A DNA stretch of 64,000 nt from Alphaproteobacteria bacterium (lineage in GTDB: Bacteria; Pseudomonadota; Alphaproteobacteria; UBA2966), in contig OZ219858.1 in assembly GCA_964291395.2 (NCBI GenBank), forward strand, positions 832,001 to 896,000, read 5' to 3'. Below are positions 41,060-51,745 of this stretch, one piece after another. Both the position numbers and the translations under genes were made by a program. Under the pieces are notes generated by a model, which saw nothing but the letters and a program-made list of their open reading frames with translations, was not told where the DNA came from and made no database searches. How positions within the stretch are numbered: position 1 is the first letter of the stretch; the number at the start of each line of letters is the position of its first letter.

Positions 41060-43024
41060 CTAGGCCGACTTGTCCCGTTTTTCCTCGTCTTCGACCTCTT
41101 CGAAATCGGCGTCGACGACATTGTCACCGCCGGCCATCGACTCGCCGGATCCATCGCCCGCGTCCGCTGACGGCCCGTCGCCCATCCCGCTCATATCGGG
41201 CCCGGCGCCGGCCTCTTCGGCCTGCGCCTTGTACATGGCCTCGCCGAGTTTCATGGATGACTGGGCCAGGTTCTGGGACTTGCTTTGAATCTCCTCGGCG
41301 TCTTCGCCCTCCATCGCCGTCTTCAGGGCCTCAAGGTCGCTTTCGATCGCCGACTTCTCTTCAGCGCTGACTTGGTCACCGAATTCTTCGAGGCTTTTGT
41401 TGGTAGCGTGGATCAACGCCTCGGCCTGATTGCGGTTCTCCGCAAGCTCGCGGCGTTTCTGGTCTTCCGACGCATGCTGTTCCGCGTCCTTCACCATCTG
41501 CTCGATTTCCGAATCGGAAAGTCCGCCCGACGCCTGGATTCGAATCTGCTGCTCTTTACCCGTGCCCTTGTCCTTGGCCGAAACGTTCACGATGCCGTTG
41601 GCATCGATGTCGAACGTCACCTCGATCTGAGGGACACCACGCGGCGCTGGCGGAATGCCGACCAGGTCGAACTGGCCCAACAGCTTGTTGTCGGACGCCA
41701 TCTCCCGCTCGCCCTGGAAAACGCGAATGGTGACGGCGCTCTGACTATCCTCCGCCGTGGAGAAGACCTGACTCTTCTTCGTGGGGATGGTCGTGTTGCG
41801 TTCGATCAAGCGCGTAAACACCCCGCCGAGCGTCTCGATACCCAGCGAAAGCGGCGTGACGTCCAGGAGCAGAACGTCCTTGATATCACCCTGGAGCACG
41901 CCCGCCTGGATGGCCGCGCCGAGCGCGACGACTTCGTCGGGATTGACCCCTTTATGGGGGTCGCGGCCGAAGAAGTTCTTCACCGTCTCGATCACTTTGG
42001 GCATGCGGGTCATGCCCCCGACGAGCACGACTTCCTGGATGTCGCCGGCGGAGAGGCCGGCATCCTTGAGCGCATGCTTGCAGGGCTCCACGGTTCGCTC
42101 GACAAGGTCCTCGACCAGGGCCTCCAGCTTGGCCCGCGTCATCTTCATGGTGAGGTGCTTCGGTCCCGACTGGTCCGCCGTGATGAACGGCAGGTTCACT
42201 TCCGTCTGTGTCGCGCTGGACAGTTCGATCTTGGCCTTCTCGGCTGCTTCCTTGAGCCGTTGCAGGGCGAGTTTGTCCTGGCGGAGGTCGATGCCCTGCT
42301 CCTTCTTGAACTCGTCGGCGAGATAATCGATGACACGCTTGTCGAAGTCCTCACCGCCGAGGAAGGTATCTCCGTTCGTCGACTTGACCTCGAATACGCC
42401 GTCGCCGAGCTCGAGGATGGAGATGTCGAAGGTGCCGCCGCCCAGGTCGTAGACGGCGATGGTCCGGTTGTCGCCCTTATCCAGACCGTACGCCAGCGCC
42501 GCAGCGGTCGGCTCGTTTATGATGCGCTTGACGTCAAGCCCGGCGATCCGGCCGGCATCTTTGGTGGCCTGCCGTTGAGCGTCATTGAAGTAGGCGGGTA
42601 CCGTGATGACCGCCTCGTCCACCGTCTCGCCCACATAGGACTCGGCCGTCTCCTTCATTTTCTGCAGGATGAAGGCGCTGATCTGACTCGGCGCGTAGGT
42701 CTCGTTGCGCGCTTCGACCCAGGCATCACCACTGTCCGCCTTGGTGATCTTGTAGGGCACCATGTCGACGTCCTTCCGGGTCATCGGATCGTCGAAGGTA
42801 CGCCCGATAAGGCGCTTGATCGCAAACAGGGTGTTCTCGGGGTTCGTCACGGCTTGGCGCTTGGCGGCCTGTCCGACGAGGCGCTCACCATCCTCGGTGA
42901 AGGCGACCATGGACGGCGTCGTTCGTCCGCCCTCGGCGTTCTCTATGACTTTCGCGTCACCGCCCTCCATGACGGCGACGCAGGAGTTGGTGGTGCCGAG
43001 ATCGATACCGATGATTTTACCCAT
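41060..43024 (-). CDS. dnaK: chaperone DnaK
   Basis: [24 protein letters not shown]. Confidence 0.99.
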   Translation of the reverse strand: MGKIIGIDLGTTNSCVAVMEGGDAKVIENAEGGRTTPSMVAFTEDGERLVGQAAKRQAVTNPENTLFAIKRLIGRTFDDPMTRKDVDMVPYKITKADSGDAWVEARNETYAPSQISAFILQKMKETAESYVGETVDEAVITVPAYFNDAQRQATKDAGRIAGLDVKRIINEPTAAALAYGLDKGDNRTIAVYDLGGGTFDISILELGDGVFEVKSTNGDTFLGGEDFDKRVIDYLADEFKKEQGIDLRQDKLALQRLKEAAEKAKIELSSATQTEVNLPFITADQSGPKHLTMKMTRAKLEALVEDLVERTVEPCKHALKDAGLSAGDIQEVVLVGGMTRMPKVIETVKNFFGRDPHKGVNPDEVVALGAAIQAGVLQGDIKDVLLLDVTPLSLGIETLGGVFTRLIERNTTIPTKKSQVFSTAEDSQSAVTIRVFQGEREMASDNKLLGQFDLVGIPPAPRGVPQIEVTFDIDANGIVNVSAKDKGTGKEQQIRIQASGGLSDSEIEQMVKDAEQHASEDQKRRELAENRNQAEALIHATNKSLEEFGDQVSAEEKSAIESDLEALKTAMEGEDAEEIQSKSQNLAQSSMKLGEAMYKAQAEEAGAGPDMSGMGDGPSADAGDGSGESMAGGDNVVDADFEEVEDEEKRDKSA

Positions 43025-43133
43025 GACAAACTCCTTTCGCGGCGAATTCGAGCGGCCCTGGAAGGCCCCGCCCGAAATCCCTGAGTTGTTCGAAGTTGGA
43101 TGTCCCGTGGCCTGTGCTGAAGCGCTGTGGGCT

Positions 43134-43163
43134 TATATAAGTACCAGCTTATGACCTCGCAAG
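43134..43163 (-). promoter_or_regulatory. putative sigma32 promoter of dnaKJ
   Basis: CTTGCG-N16-CTTATATA on the minus strand, alphaproteobacterial RpoH-like. Confidence 0.65.
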
Positions 43164-43264
43164 GACTCAAGACGCTGATTTTCGCCCGAATGTCCGCCGT
43201 TTAAGCCTCTCGAACATCCGAATCAGGGTGAACGGACGTGCACTTCGGGCATAGGCCGACGGGA

Positions 43265-44146
43265 ATGATCGTCTCCGCCAGTTACCGCACGGATATACCG
43301 GCGTTTTACGGCGACTGGTTCATGAAGCGCCTCGCCGCCGGCAGGTGTCTGGTCACAAATCCATATGGTGGACCTCGATACGAGGTTTCGTTGACGGTCG
43401 ACGACGTCGATGGGTTCGTATTCTGGACACGAAACCCGGCCCCGTTCCTGCCCCATCTGGAACGCATTCGCGACCTCGGCTATCCGTTCGTGATCCAGTG
43501 CACCGTATTGGGCTACCCAGCGGCCGTCGACCGCTCCGTGCCCCTGGCCGATATCCAGATCGAGACCTTCCGGCGGCTCGCTTGCATCTATGGGCCCGGC
43601 GCTCTGGTTTGGCGTTATGACCCGGTGCTGCTGAGTTCGCTGACACCCCCCGCATTCCATCAGGACAACTTCGCGGGGCTCTGCCGGAAACTGGCCGGCT
43701 TGACCGACGAGGCCGTGATTTCCTTCGTCAATCCCTATCGCAAGTCCCGGCGGAACCTGGACGTGGCATCGCGAAAATACGGTTTCGACTGGTGGGAGGC
43801 CTCGGCGTCCGAGGCAACGGACTTGGCAAGAGAGTTCGGCCGGATTGCCGCCGCCGACGGTATGGAAGTCACCATCTGCTCGCAGCCGGATTTCCTGGTT
43901 CCATCGGTCCGCGCCGCCCGATGCATCGATGCCGAACGGCTGTCCCGAGTCGCAGGCTTCGACATCGAATCCCGGCAGAAGGGCAACAGACCGGGATGTC
44001 TTTGCCACGAGTCACGTGACATCGGCGCCTATGACACGTGTCCCCACGGTTGCGCGTACTGCTACGCCGTGAGCGACAGAGGCCAGGCAGTCAAGAGATT
44101 CACGCGGAGCGACCCGGACGCCGAAGTTCTGGGGACACCGATATAG
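43265..44146 (+). CDS. DUF1848 family protein (C-terminal Cys cluster)
   Basis: IVSASYRTDIPAFY..WF, FWTRNP, WRYDP, CLC...DIGAYDTCPHGCAYCYA. Confidence 0.9.
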   Translation: MIVSASYRTDIPAFYGDWFMKRLAAGRCLVTNPYGGPRYEVSLTVDDVDGFVFWTRNPAPFLPHLERIRDLGYPFVIQCTVLGYPAAVDRSVPLADIQIETFRRLACIYGPGALVWRYDPVLLSSLTPPAFHQDNFAGLCRKLAGLTDEAVISFVNPYRKSRRNLDVASRKYGFDWWEASASEATDLAREFGRIAAADGMEVTICSQPDFLVPSVRAARCIDAERLSRVAGFDIESRQKGNRPGCLCHESRDIGAYDTCPHGCAYCYAVSDRGQAVKRFTRSDPDAEVLGTPI

Positions 44147-44195
44147 TCCGATGTCGCAACGGCCCTACGGCCGTTACCGGGCCGTGGTATCGACT

Positions 44196-44918
44196 TTAGC
44201 CCCCGCTTTCCGCGTCGGGCTCGTCACCGGAACTCTCTTCCGCCACATCGGGAGGCGGCGGTTTCTTCGCAACCCCGACCATTGCGGGGCGCAACAGCCG
44301 TTCGCCAATGACATATCCGAGCTGTGCGACCTGGACGACCGTGCCCGGCTCCGCGTCGGGGCTTTCGACCTCGAACATGGCTTGGTGGAAGTTGTGGTCA
44401 AACTTTTCGCCGAGGGGGTCCACCTGCCGTATTCCGTGGCGGTCCATCGCGGTCTGCAGCTCCCGTTGCGTCAGCTCGACGCCTTGATACAGGGTTTCCA
44501 TGGCGTCGTTGCCCGCGCGCGCGTCCTCCGGCACGGCCTTGAGCGCCCGCGAGAGATTATCGCTGACGGTGAGGACGTCACGGGCGAAATTGGCGATCGC
44601 GTACTTGGCGGTGTCCTCCCTCTCCCGCCGTGCGCGGCGGCGCGTGTTCTCGACCTCGGCCAGTGCCCGCAGCAACTGATCTTTGAGGTCGCCGATCTGC
44701 TCTTGGGGTGACACCTCGGCTTCGGTCGCCTCTGTCTCGGCCTGCGCCTCGGGAGGCGGGTCCCCGTCCCCGGCGTCTGCGCTCTCGGGTTGGGCGGATG
44801 CATCCTCCGCGGCGCCTTCTTCAAGCTCTGCAGAGTCCTCTCCGCTCGCCTCGGTTTCCAGTTTCTTGTCGTTCAAGCGTTTGATCTCCATGTTGTCGTT
44901 CGCGACAGTCTCGTTCAT
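44196..44918 (-). CDS. grpE: nucleotide exchange factor GrpE
   Basis: LRALAEVENTRRR, FDHNFHQAM, GYVIGERLLRPAMVGV. Confidence 0.97.
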   Translation of the reverse strand: MNETVANDNMEIKRLNDKKLETEASGEDSAELEEGAAEDASAQPESADAGDGDPPPEAQAETEATEAEVSPQEQIGDLKDQLLRALAEVENTRRRARREREDTAKYAIANFARDVLTVSDNLSRALKAVPEDARAGNDAMETLYQGVELTQRELQTAMDRHGIRQVDPLGEKFDHNFHQAMFEVESPDAEPGTVVQVAQLGYVIGERLLRPAMVGVAKKPPPPDVAEESSGDEPDAESGG

Positions 44919-44940
44919 CGTTGAAGTCCGCTGCAACAGG

Positions 44941-45987
44941 TCAGCTCACGAGGGCTCCCACGACCTTTGCCGTGTAATCCACCATGGGAACGATGCGGGC
45001 GTAGTTGAGGCGTTTCGGGCCGATGACCCCGATCGCGCCGATCACCCTGTTGTGGGAGTTGCCGTACGGAGCGACAATCAGCGAACAGCCGGCCATGTTG
45101 AAGAGCTTGTTTTCCGCCCCGATGTAAATCTGGACACCCTCGCCACCTTCCGTGAGTTCGAGCAGGCGGATGACTTCTTTCTTGGTTTCCAGGGCATCGT
45201 AAAGCTCACGCACGCGCTCAAGGTCCTCGACCGCGCTGACATCCTCGAGCAGGCGCGCCTGTCCTCGAACGATGAGCGTCTCACGGCTGGAGTCCCCGCT
45301 CCATGTGGCGAGTCCCGCCTCCACGATCCGTGCCGTCAGCCCGTTGAGCTCGGTACGATCCGCCTCCAACTCCTCGGCAATGCCGACGCGAGCCTCGTCG
45401 AGGGTCCGGCCCAGCAGCCGCGCGCTCAGATAGTTCGAGGCCTCGACCAGCACCGAGGGCGGCAGGTCGGCTGGCGTCTCGATCACGCGGTTCTCCACGA
45501 GTCCGTCGTCGCTCACGAGAATGACCAACGCGCGTCCCGGCGAGAGGCTGACGAATTCGGCCTGTTTGAAGGCGGCATCCTTGCGTTTGGGTGCCACGAC
45601 CAGGCCCGTGTAATGGGAGAGGCCGGATAGAAGCTGTGTTGCCTCGGTCAGGACGTCCTCCGTCCCCCGTCCGGACGCGGCGCACCGCGCCTCGATGTCC
45701 GAGCGCTCCTGCTCGGTGAGGTTGCCGACTTCCAAGAGGCCGTCGACGAAAAACCGCAAACCCGCCTCCGTGGGCAGGCGGCCTGCGGAGGTATGCGGCG
45801 AAAACAGCAGGCCGAAGCGCTCCAGATCGGCCATCACGTGCCGGATCGAGGCCGGAGACAGCGTAATGGGCAGGCGGTTGGCGATCGTTTTCGATCCCAC
45901 CGGCTCACCGGTCTCCACATAGACTTCGACGATCTGGCGCAGGACCTCGCGGGAGCGTTGGCTAAGCTCCGTAATCATCTTCGTCAC
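44941..45987 (-). CDS. hrcA: heat-inducible transcription repressor
   Basis: GEPVGSK, SPASIR..MADLE, PHTSAGRLPT, GVIGP.RLNY. Confidence 0.97.
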   Translation of the reverse strand: MTKMITELSQRSREVLRQIVEVYVETGEPVGSKTIANRLPITLSPASIRHVMADLERFGLLFSPHTSAGRLPTEAGLRFFVDGLLEVGNLTEQERSDIEARCAASGRGTEDVLTEATQLLSGLSHYTGLVVAPKRKDAAFKQAEFVSLSPGRALVILVSDDGLVENRVIETPADLPPSVLVEASNYLSARLLGRTLDEARVGIAEELEADRTELNGLTARIVEAGLATWSGDSSRETLIVRGQARLLEDVSAVEDLERVRELYDALETKKEVIRLLELTEGGEGVQIYIGAENKLFNMAGCSLIVAPYGNSHNRVIGAIGVIGPKRLNYARIVPMVDYTAKVVGALVS

Positions 45988-46035
45988 GAACCTCGGATGA
46001 AAGGCGGCATATGTGTTCGCCTCACGAGAAAATGA

Positions 46036-46064
46036 ATGTAGTAATGGGGTTTCAGTCCGTCAAC
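46036..46064 (-). promoter_or_regulatory. possible sigma32-type promoter of hrcA-grpE
   Basis: GTTGAC-N17-CTACAT on the minus strand. Confidence 0.4.
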
Positions 46065-46184
46065 GCGCGGTGCGGGGTGCACGATCGATGACACCGCCGC
46101 CGCCGCTGGCGATATCTGATCGGCACGAACACGTGTTCACGGAGAGGCAACCTGTCCCAGTCGCACGATCCATGCGCGCTGTCG

Positions 46185-47561
46185 ATGACTGAGATGAGCC
46201 GGGCGCTCGCGTCGGGCGACCTGACCGCGCGAGCCCTGACCGAGGCACATCTCGAGCGTATCGAGCGTCTCCAACCGGCAATCAACTGCTTTATCGCGTG
46301 GGACGCAGCGGACGCACGTACCGCCGCAGCGCAATCGGATCGTGATAGGTCCGACGGGCGCCACCGGGGCGGGTTGCAGGGTATTCCACTCGCGCACAAG
46401 GATGTCTTTCGCCGGGCAAGCGTTCCAGTCACCTCAGGTATGCGCGTGCTCGACGCACCGGCAACCGATACGGCCACGGTGATCGATCGACTGGAACAGG
46501 CGGGTGCCGTCAATCTCGGCCGCCTCAACCTTGATGAATTTGCCGGCCTCGGGAACAACGAGCATTTCGGCCGTTGCATCAATCCGTGGAGTTCAAGGCA
46601 CATCAGCGGCGGATCCTCCAGTGGACCGGGGGCTGCGGTTGCCGCGCGGCTGGCCGGTGGTGCGCTCGGCTCCGATGCCGGCGGCTCGATACGCATGCCG
46701 GCGGCGATGTGCGGGGTTGTCGGACTCAAACCCACGTTCGGGCTGGTCAGTCGCTATGGCAATGTGCACACCACTTGGTCCGTCGACTGTCTGGGCCCGT
46801 TGACCCGTTCGGTAGAGGACTGCGCGCTGGTGCTTCAGGCGATCGCTGGCACGGATCCGGAAGATCCGACGACGGCAGAGGTTGAGATCCCGGATTACCG
46901 CCGAGCGCTCGTTGGCGACCTGCGGGGCGTCACCGTCGCTCGCGCCACGGGTTCCGTCTTCGCCGCCGTCGATGATGAGATTGCCGAGGCCATGGAGGCG
47001 GCACTGCGGGAGTTGAGAGACCTCGGGGCCCAGATCGTTGATGTCGTCGTCCCCGACGTGGAGCGCCTCAACGACCTCCAGCAGATACTGACCAAGGCCG
47101 AGCGCGCGACGATCTACAGCCGCGCGCTCAGGACTAGGCCCGACGAGGTTTCCTTCACCGCGCGCAGCGTTCTCTACGAAGGGTTCCTGATACCGGCCAC
47201 ACGCTATCTGGAAGCCCTGTCCCTTCGCGAAGTCCTGTTGCGCGATCACCTCGCCGCCGTTCACGCCGAAGCCGACGTGCTGTTCACACCCGTCATCGCA
47301 ACCCCGGTTCCCACTGTCGTCGAGATCGAAACCGCCGATGCGGACGAGTTGGAGCGAACGTTCACCGGGTCGGCCGGGTGCGTCCGTTTCGCCAGCTACC
47401 TGGGAATTCCGGGAATGTCGGTGCCTTGCGGGTTCACGAAGAATGGCTTGCCGACGGCCTTTCAGCTTCTCGGGCCACCATTCTCCGAAGATCTGCTGTT
47501 TCGCGTTGGCCATGCATACCAGCGGACGACGGATTGGCACCGTTCGGCGCCACCGCTGTGA
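46185..47561 (+). CDS. amidase signature family protein
   Basis: PLAHKD, GGSSSG, GSDAGGSIRMPAAMCGVVGLKPT. Confidence 0.93.
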   Translation: MTEMSRALASGDLTARALTEAHLERIERLQPAINCFIAWDAADARTAAAQSDRDRSDGRHRGGLQGIPLAHKDVFRRASVPVTSGMRVLDAPATDTATVIDRLEQAGAVNLGRLNLDEFAGLGNNEHFGRCINPWSSRHISGGSSSGPGAAVAARLAGGALGSDAGGSIRMPAAMCGVVGLKPTFGLVSRYGNVHTTWSVDCLGPLTRSVEDCALVLQAIAGTDPEDPTTAEVEIPDYRRALVGDLRGVTVARATGSVFAAVDDEIAEAMEAALRELRDLGAQIVDVVVPDVERLNDLQQILTKAERATIYSRALRTRPDEVSFTARSVLYEGFLIPATRYLEALSLREVLLRDHLAAVHAEADVLFTPVIATPVPTVVEIETADADELERTFTGSAGCVRFASYLGIPGMSVPCGFTKNGLPTAFQLLGPPFSEDLLFRVGHAYQRTTDWHRSAPPL

Positions 47562-47650
47562 CACCGCGGCGCTTCCGATCTGGACCGGCCATCGCCTAAT
47601 CTATAGAACCTCAGGCTCTGGTCACCTTGGGCAGATCGAGGGGGTGTGGC

Positions 47651-48373
47651 ATGCGTCCGTCCGGTCGCCGTGTGGACGAACTTCGGGAGGTGGTGCTCGA
47701 ACCCGGGTTCTCCAAATATGCCGAAGGATCGTGCATGGCGCGCTTTGGCGATACCCATGTCCTGTGCACCGCCAGCGTTGACGAGCGCGTGCCACCTTGG
47801 CTGCGCAACGCGGGTCGAGGCTGGATCACGGCGGAATACGGCATGTTGCCGCGCTCGACCCACGAGCGCACGGATCGGGAAGCGGCGCGTGGCCGTCAGG
47901 GGGGGAGAACGCTCGAGATCCAGAGACTGATCGGTCGCAGCCTGCGGGCGGTGTGCGACCTCACCGCCTTTGGCGAGCGTCAGATCAGAGTGGACTGCGA
48001 CGTCGTTCAAGCGGACGGCGGGACGCGCACCGCCGCGATTACCGGGGGTTTCGTGGCGCTGCACCGTGCATTCACGCGGATGAAGGCTGACGGAATCGTG
48101 ACGGCCAATCCGCTGTCGGATTACATCGCCGCCGTAAGCTGCGGCATCTTCAATGGGACACCGATCCTCGATCTCGACTATGCGGAGGACTCGAGCGCGG
48201 ATGCGGACTCCAATTTCGTGTTTACGGGCGTGGGTGCCATTGTGGAGATACAGGGCACGGCGGAAAAGAATCCATTCTCCGAGCAGCAGTTCCTTGAGCT
48301 TCTCGCCCTGGCGCGGGTGGGCTGTGGGCGGCTGGTTGAGTTGCAGCGCTCCGCGCTCCGCGGAGACACTTGA
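47651..48373 (+). CDS. rph: ribonuclease PH
   Basis: [34 protein letters not shown]. Confidence 0.98.
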   Translation: MRPSGRRVDELREVVLEPGFSKYAEGSCMARFGDTHVLCTASVDERVPPWLRNAGRGWITAEYGMLPRSTHERTDREAARGRQGGRTLEIQRLIGRSLRAVCDLTAFGERQIRVDCDVVQADGGTRTAAITGGFVALHRAFTRMKADGIVTANPLSDYIAAVSCGIFNGTPILDLDYAEDSSADADSNFVFTGVGAIVEIQGTAEKNPFSEQQFLELLALARVGCGRLVELQRSALRGDT

Positions 48374-48996
48374 TTTCGGACTCTGGGGACTTGGCACGGA
48401 TCTTTCGCGACGAGCGGCTGGTGATCGCAAGCCACAACCCGGGCAAGGTTCGCGAAATCGCCGATCTGCTTCGCCCCTTCGACGTGGACGTTGTCTCGGT
48501 GGCTTCCCTCGGTCTGGACGAGCCGGAAGAGGACGGCCGATCCTTCAGCGAGAACGCCCGTATCAAGGCTTTGGCCGCGGTCGCCGCGGGCGGGATGCCC
48601 GCCCTCGCCGATGATTCCGGCTTGGTCGTACATGCGTTGAATGGCGAGCCCGGGATCCGTTCGGCGCGGTGGGCAGGGCCCGAAAAGAATTTCTCTCGTG
48701 CCATGGCCGAGGTGGAGCGCCGGCTGGTCCGGACGGACGGGGGCGACCGCACGGCGCACTTCGCGTCGGCCCTTTGTCTTGCTTGGCCCGATGGGCACGC
48801 CGAGGTGTTCGTCGGGCGTGTTGACGGCCGTCTCGTCTGGCCGCCGCGGGGGAATAACGGGTTCGGTTACGATCCCATGTTCGTGGCCGACGGGCGCCGG
48901 ATGACGTTCGGCGAGATGGATCCCCGGGACAAGCACGCCATCAGCCACCGGGCCGATGCTTTCCGCAAGCTCGTCAATGCCTGCTTCGATCGTTGA
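48370..48996 (+). CDS. rdgB: non-canonical purine NTP pyrophosphatase
   Basis: ASHNPGK, ADDSGL, GFGYDP, SHR. Confidence 0.96.
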   Translation: MISDSGDLARIFRDERLVIASHNPGKVREIADLLRPFDVDVVSVASLGLDEPEEDGRSFSENARIKALAAVAAGGMPALADDSGLVVHALNGEPGIRSARWAGPEKNFSRAMAEVERRLVRTDGGDRTAHFASALCLAWPDGHAEVFVGRVDGRLVWPPRGNNGFGYDPMFVADGRRMTFGEMDPRDKHAISHRADAFRKLVNACFDR

Positions 48997-50194
48997 GTCG
49001 AGCCGTGAACATCAGGGGCGGTCCGCGGCCACCGCGGATCCGGAGTTCGCGGTCTATGTCCACTGGCCGTTCTGCGTGTCCAAGTGTCCTTACTGCGACT
49101 TCAACAGTCATGTCCGAGACGCGATCGACCAGGCGAGATGGAGTCGCGCTCTGGTCGCCGATCTCGGAAGCGCCCTGGACGAGGCCCCTGCGGGGGTCGT
49201 CCGACCCGTGGCGAGCGTGTTCTTCGGCGGCGGCACGCCGTCATTGATGGCGCCCGAGACGGTGGACAGCGTTCTCGGCGTTCTGTCGCGGCGCGGCCTC
49301 ATCGACGAAGGGTCGGAAGTGACGCTGGAAGCCAATCCCTCTTCGGCGGAAGCCGAACGGTTTGCCGACTACCGCGCCGCTGGGGTCAACCGTCTGTCCG
49401 TTGGGGTTCAGGCGCTCGACGACGAGGCGCTCCGTTTTCTCGGACGGACGCATGATGTCGCGGAGGCCATGGAAGCTGTCTCGGCCGCCCGCGAGGTGTT
49501 CGATCGCGTATCTTTCGACTTGATCTACGCCAGGGCGGGACAGACGCCCCAGTCTTGGCGCGGCGAACTCGAGCAGGTTCTGGCGCTTCGGCCAAGGCAC
49601 GTCTCCCTCTACCAACTGACGATCGAACGGGGAACGAGGTTCCACGAGGCGCACGCGCGCGGGGAACTCGTGCTGCCCGGGGAGGACGACGCGGCGCTGA
49701 TGTACGAGGAGACAGTGACCCGCTGCCGGGCCTCGGGCCTCGAAGCCTATGAGGTGTCGAATTTCGCGGCTCCGGGTGAGAAATGCCGGCATAACCTCGT
49801 CTATTGGCGATCGGGTGATTGGTTGGGGGTCGGTCCTGGCGCGCATGGCCGTCTGGGACAAGGGGAGGGCCGGACTGGGACCCGCCGATGGCGCAGCCCT
49901 GAAAAATGGTTGGGGGCCGTTGAAGGGTCGGGCTCGGGCCTCGAGGCGATGGAAGCACTTGATATGCCGACGCGCGCTGCTGAGGCACTGATGATGGGGC
50001 TTCGCCTGATGGAAGGCGTATCGGTTGAGCGTTTCGAGCGGATGGTCGGGCAGACCCCAGAGGATTACATAGGCTCCGACCGCCTACGGCGGCATGTCGG
50101 CGGCGGCTTTCTCGAGACCTCGCGGGAGGGCATGCGAACGACGCTTCGGGGTCGTGCCGTGCTTAACACGTTGCTCGCTGAACTCCTGCCTTAG
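48977..50194 (+). CDS. hemW: radical SAM heme chaperone HemW
   Basis: [37 protein letters not shown]. Confidence 0.94.
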   Translation: MPASIVESSREHQGRSAATADPEFAVYVHWPFCVSKCPYCDFNSHVRDAIDQARWSRALVADLGSALDEAPAGVVRPVASVFFGGGTPSLMAPETVDSVLGVLSRRGLIDEGSEVTLEANPSSAEAERFADYRAAGVNRLSVGVQALDDEALRFLGRTHDVAEAMEAVSAAREVFDRVSFDLIYARAGQTPQSWRGELEQVLALRPRHVSLYQLTIERGTRFHEAHARGELVLPGEDDAALMYEETVTRCRASGLEAYEVSNFAAPGEKCRHNLVYWRSGDWLGVGPGAHGRLGQGEGRTGTRRWRSPEKWLGAVEGSGSGLEAMEALDMPTRAAEALMMGLRLMEGVSVERFERMVGQTPEDYIGSDRLRRHVGGGFLETSREGMRTTLRGRAVLNTLLAELLP

Positions 50195-50242
50195 AGAGGT
50201 TTTCAGTTTGGTTCGAACCGCTGGCGCTCCTCGTCGTTCGAC

Positions 50243-51745
50243 CTATGACGCGTCCGCCGACGTGAACGCGTCCGGCGCCTTGTCGATTACTTGAAATCCC
50301 TGCGGTCTGACTTCGATCACGGACAGCCCCCGCTCGGCAATGCCGTCGTTTCGGAAACGGAATATGCCGTCCGAACCGGCAAAGCCGCTCGGTTGGGTCA
50401 ATGCGGTCTCGGAGAAGTCCGGACCTGCCGCACCTTGCATGAGAACCGCGGCGAGGGCCGTCGCGTCATAAGCCAGACTGGCTATTCGGGGCGGCGTGTA
50501 GCCATGGAGTTTCTCGAAACGTTTCGCGAAAGCCGCAGCCGCTTCCGGTGGCGGACCAGCAAACCAGCCGCCGACCAATGCAGGCTCCCGGCCCAACATG
50601 GGTTCGTCCCAGAGCCCGGTTCCGAGGAATCTGATTTCGGCGGGGTCGACGTCGTAGAAGGGAAGAAGTGGAGCGATGGCGCGCAGGCGCGCGCCCCCAT
50701 CCGCCAGCATGACGGCTTGATAATCCAGGGAACCAGCCCCATTCCGACTCTCCAAACGCCGTAGCTCGGCGTTCGCCGTAGGGTCGTCCGTGTCCGCAAG
50801 GGCTTCGCGCTGCAAGTCTAGCGGATCGTGGCGCCGTTCATAGCCGGCCACGCGCCGCACCGGTTCGAAATAATCGTCAGCGTCCGGCAGATAGCGCTCG
50901 ACTCGGGCGACTCGTCCGCCGTTTTTCTGGATTGAACTTTCAAACGCGGCGACGACGGCCTCGCCATAGGCCGTTTCGGGAGCAAGTGCGGCGAACCGCC
51001 AAATGCCGCGTTTAGCAGCGAACTCGACCACCCGCTCGACCTGCTGGTCGGGCATGAACCCGAGAAGATAGACCCCATTCCCCGCGACGAGCCGGTCTGT
51101 GGAGAACGCAACAACGTTCAAGCCCCGCTCCCGCGCCGGTTCCGCCGCAGCGGCGACGGATGCACTGAACACCGGCCCGAGCATCAGTTGGACGCCTTCC
51201 CGCAGTACAGCGGTGGCGGCGGCCCGGGCGCCTTCGGGAGTTCCCTGCGTATCCCGGGGGAGGAGGGTGAGCCGGGTGTCACCGATCTCGAACAGAGCGA
51301 TCAACGCGGCGTCGAGCAGGGCTTGTCCGAGCGACTGCTCCGTCCCCGAAAGGGGCAACAAAAGTGCGACGCGGACGGGTCCCTCGCCATCCGCAGGTGG
51401 TGTCGATGCGACGGCCGGGGAGATCTCCGGCAGCGTTTCCGTGGCGACCGGCGGAACCGGTCGCACGGGAACGGGCTCCGAGGCCTCCCGCGAACGCTGG
51501 GTTGCATCGTCGTTTTTCGGGGGTGTCTCCGGGATGATCGTCTCTTTGCCGGCGAACTGCGTGTTGGGCAAGGGGGCCGGCATGGCTTCCGGGACCGAGC
51601 CGCTCCGGCCGGGGTCTAGCCAACCGGACGAGTGGGGAGGTAGTTTCGTCTCCGCGCACGCTGATATCGCGAGGGCGGCAACAACCCATGTCACGGCAAG
51701 GATCTGGCGGGCGAACGGGCGCCCGGGCGTCGGCGGTCGGCGCAA
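50243..51745 (-). CDS. penicillin-binding protein activator (LpoA/LppC-like) lipoprotein; start uncertain (possibly GTG 51694)
   Basis: ISAC lipobox, VALLLPLSG, LGPVF, LAYDA, GF.G.DGIFRF; divergent from rsmI. Confidence 0.88.
   Translation of the reverse strand: MRRPPTPGRPFARQILAVTWVVAALAISACAETKLPPHSSGWLDPGRSGSVPEAMPAPLPNTQFAGKETIIPETPPKNDDATQRSREASEPVPVRPVPPVATETLPEISPAVASTPPADGEGPVRVALLLPLSGTEQSLGQALLDAALIALFEIGDTRLTLLPRDTQGTPEGARAAATAVLREGVQLMLGPVFSASVAAAAEPARERGLNVVAFSTDRLVAGNGVYLLGFMPDQQVERVVEFAAKRGIWRFAALAPETAYGEAVVAAFESSIQKNGGRVARVERYLPDADDYFEPVRRVAGYERRHDPLDLQREALADTDDPTANAELRRLESRNGAGSLDYQAVMLADGGARLRAIAPLLPFYDVDPAEIRFLGTGLWDEPMLGREPALVGGWFAGPPPEAAAAFAKRFEKLHGYTPPRIASLAYDATALAAVLMQGAAGPDFSETALTQPSGFAGSDGIFRFRNDGIAERGLSVIEVRPQGFQVIDKAPDAFTSADAS

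Noticed and set aside
41285-43084. 599-aa ORF antisense to dnaK
   Set aside because: Long antisense frames opposite dnaK are a known consequence of codon bias in GC-rich genomes; no independent motifs.
43025-46184. CIRCE operator upstream of dnaK or hrcA
   Set aside because: No TTAGCACTC-N9-GAGTGCTAA seen in these intergenic regions.
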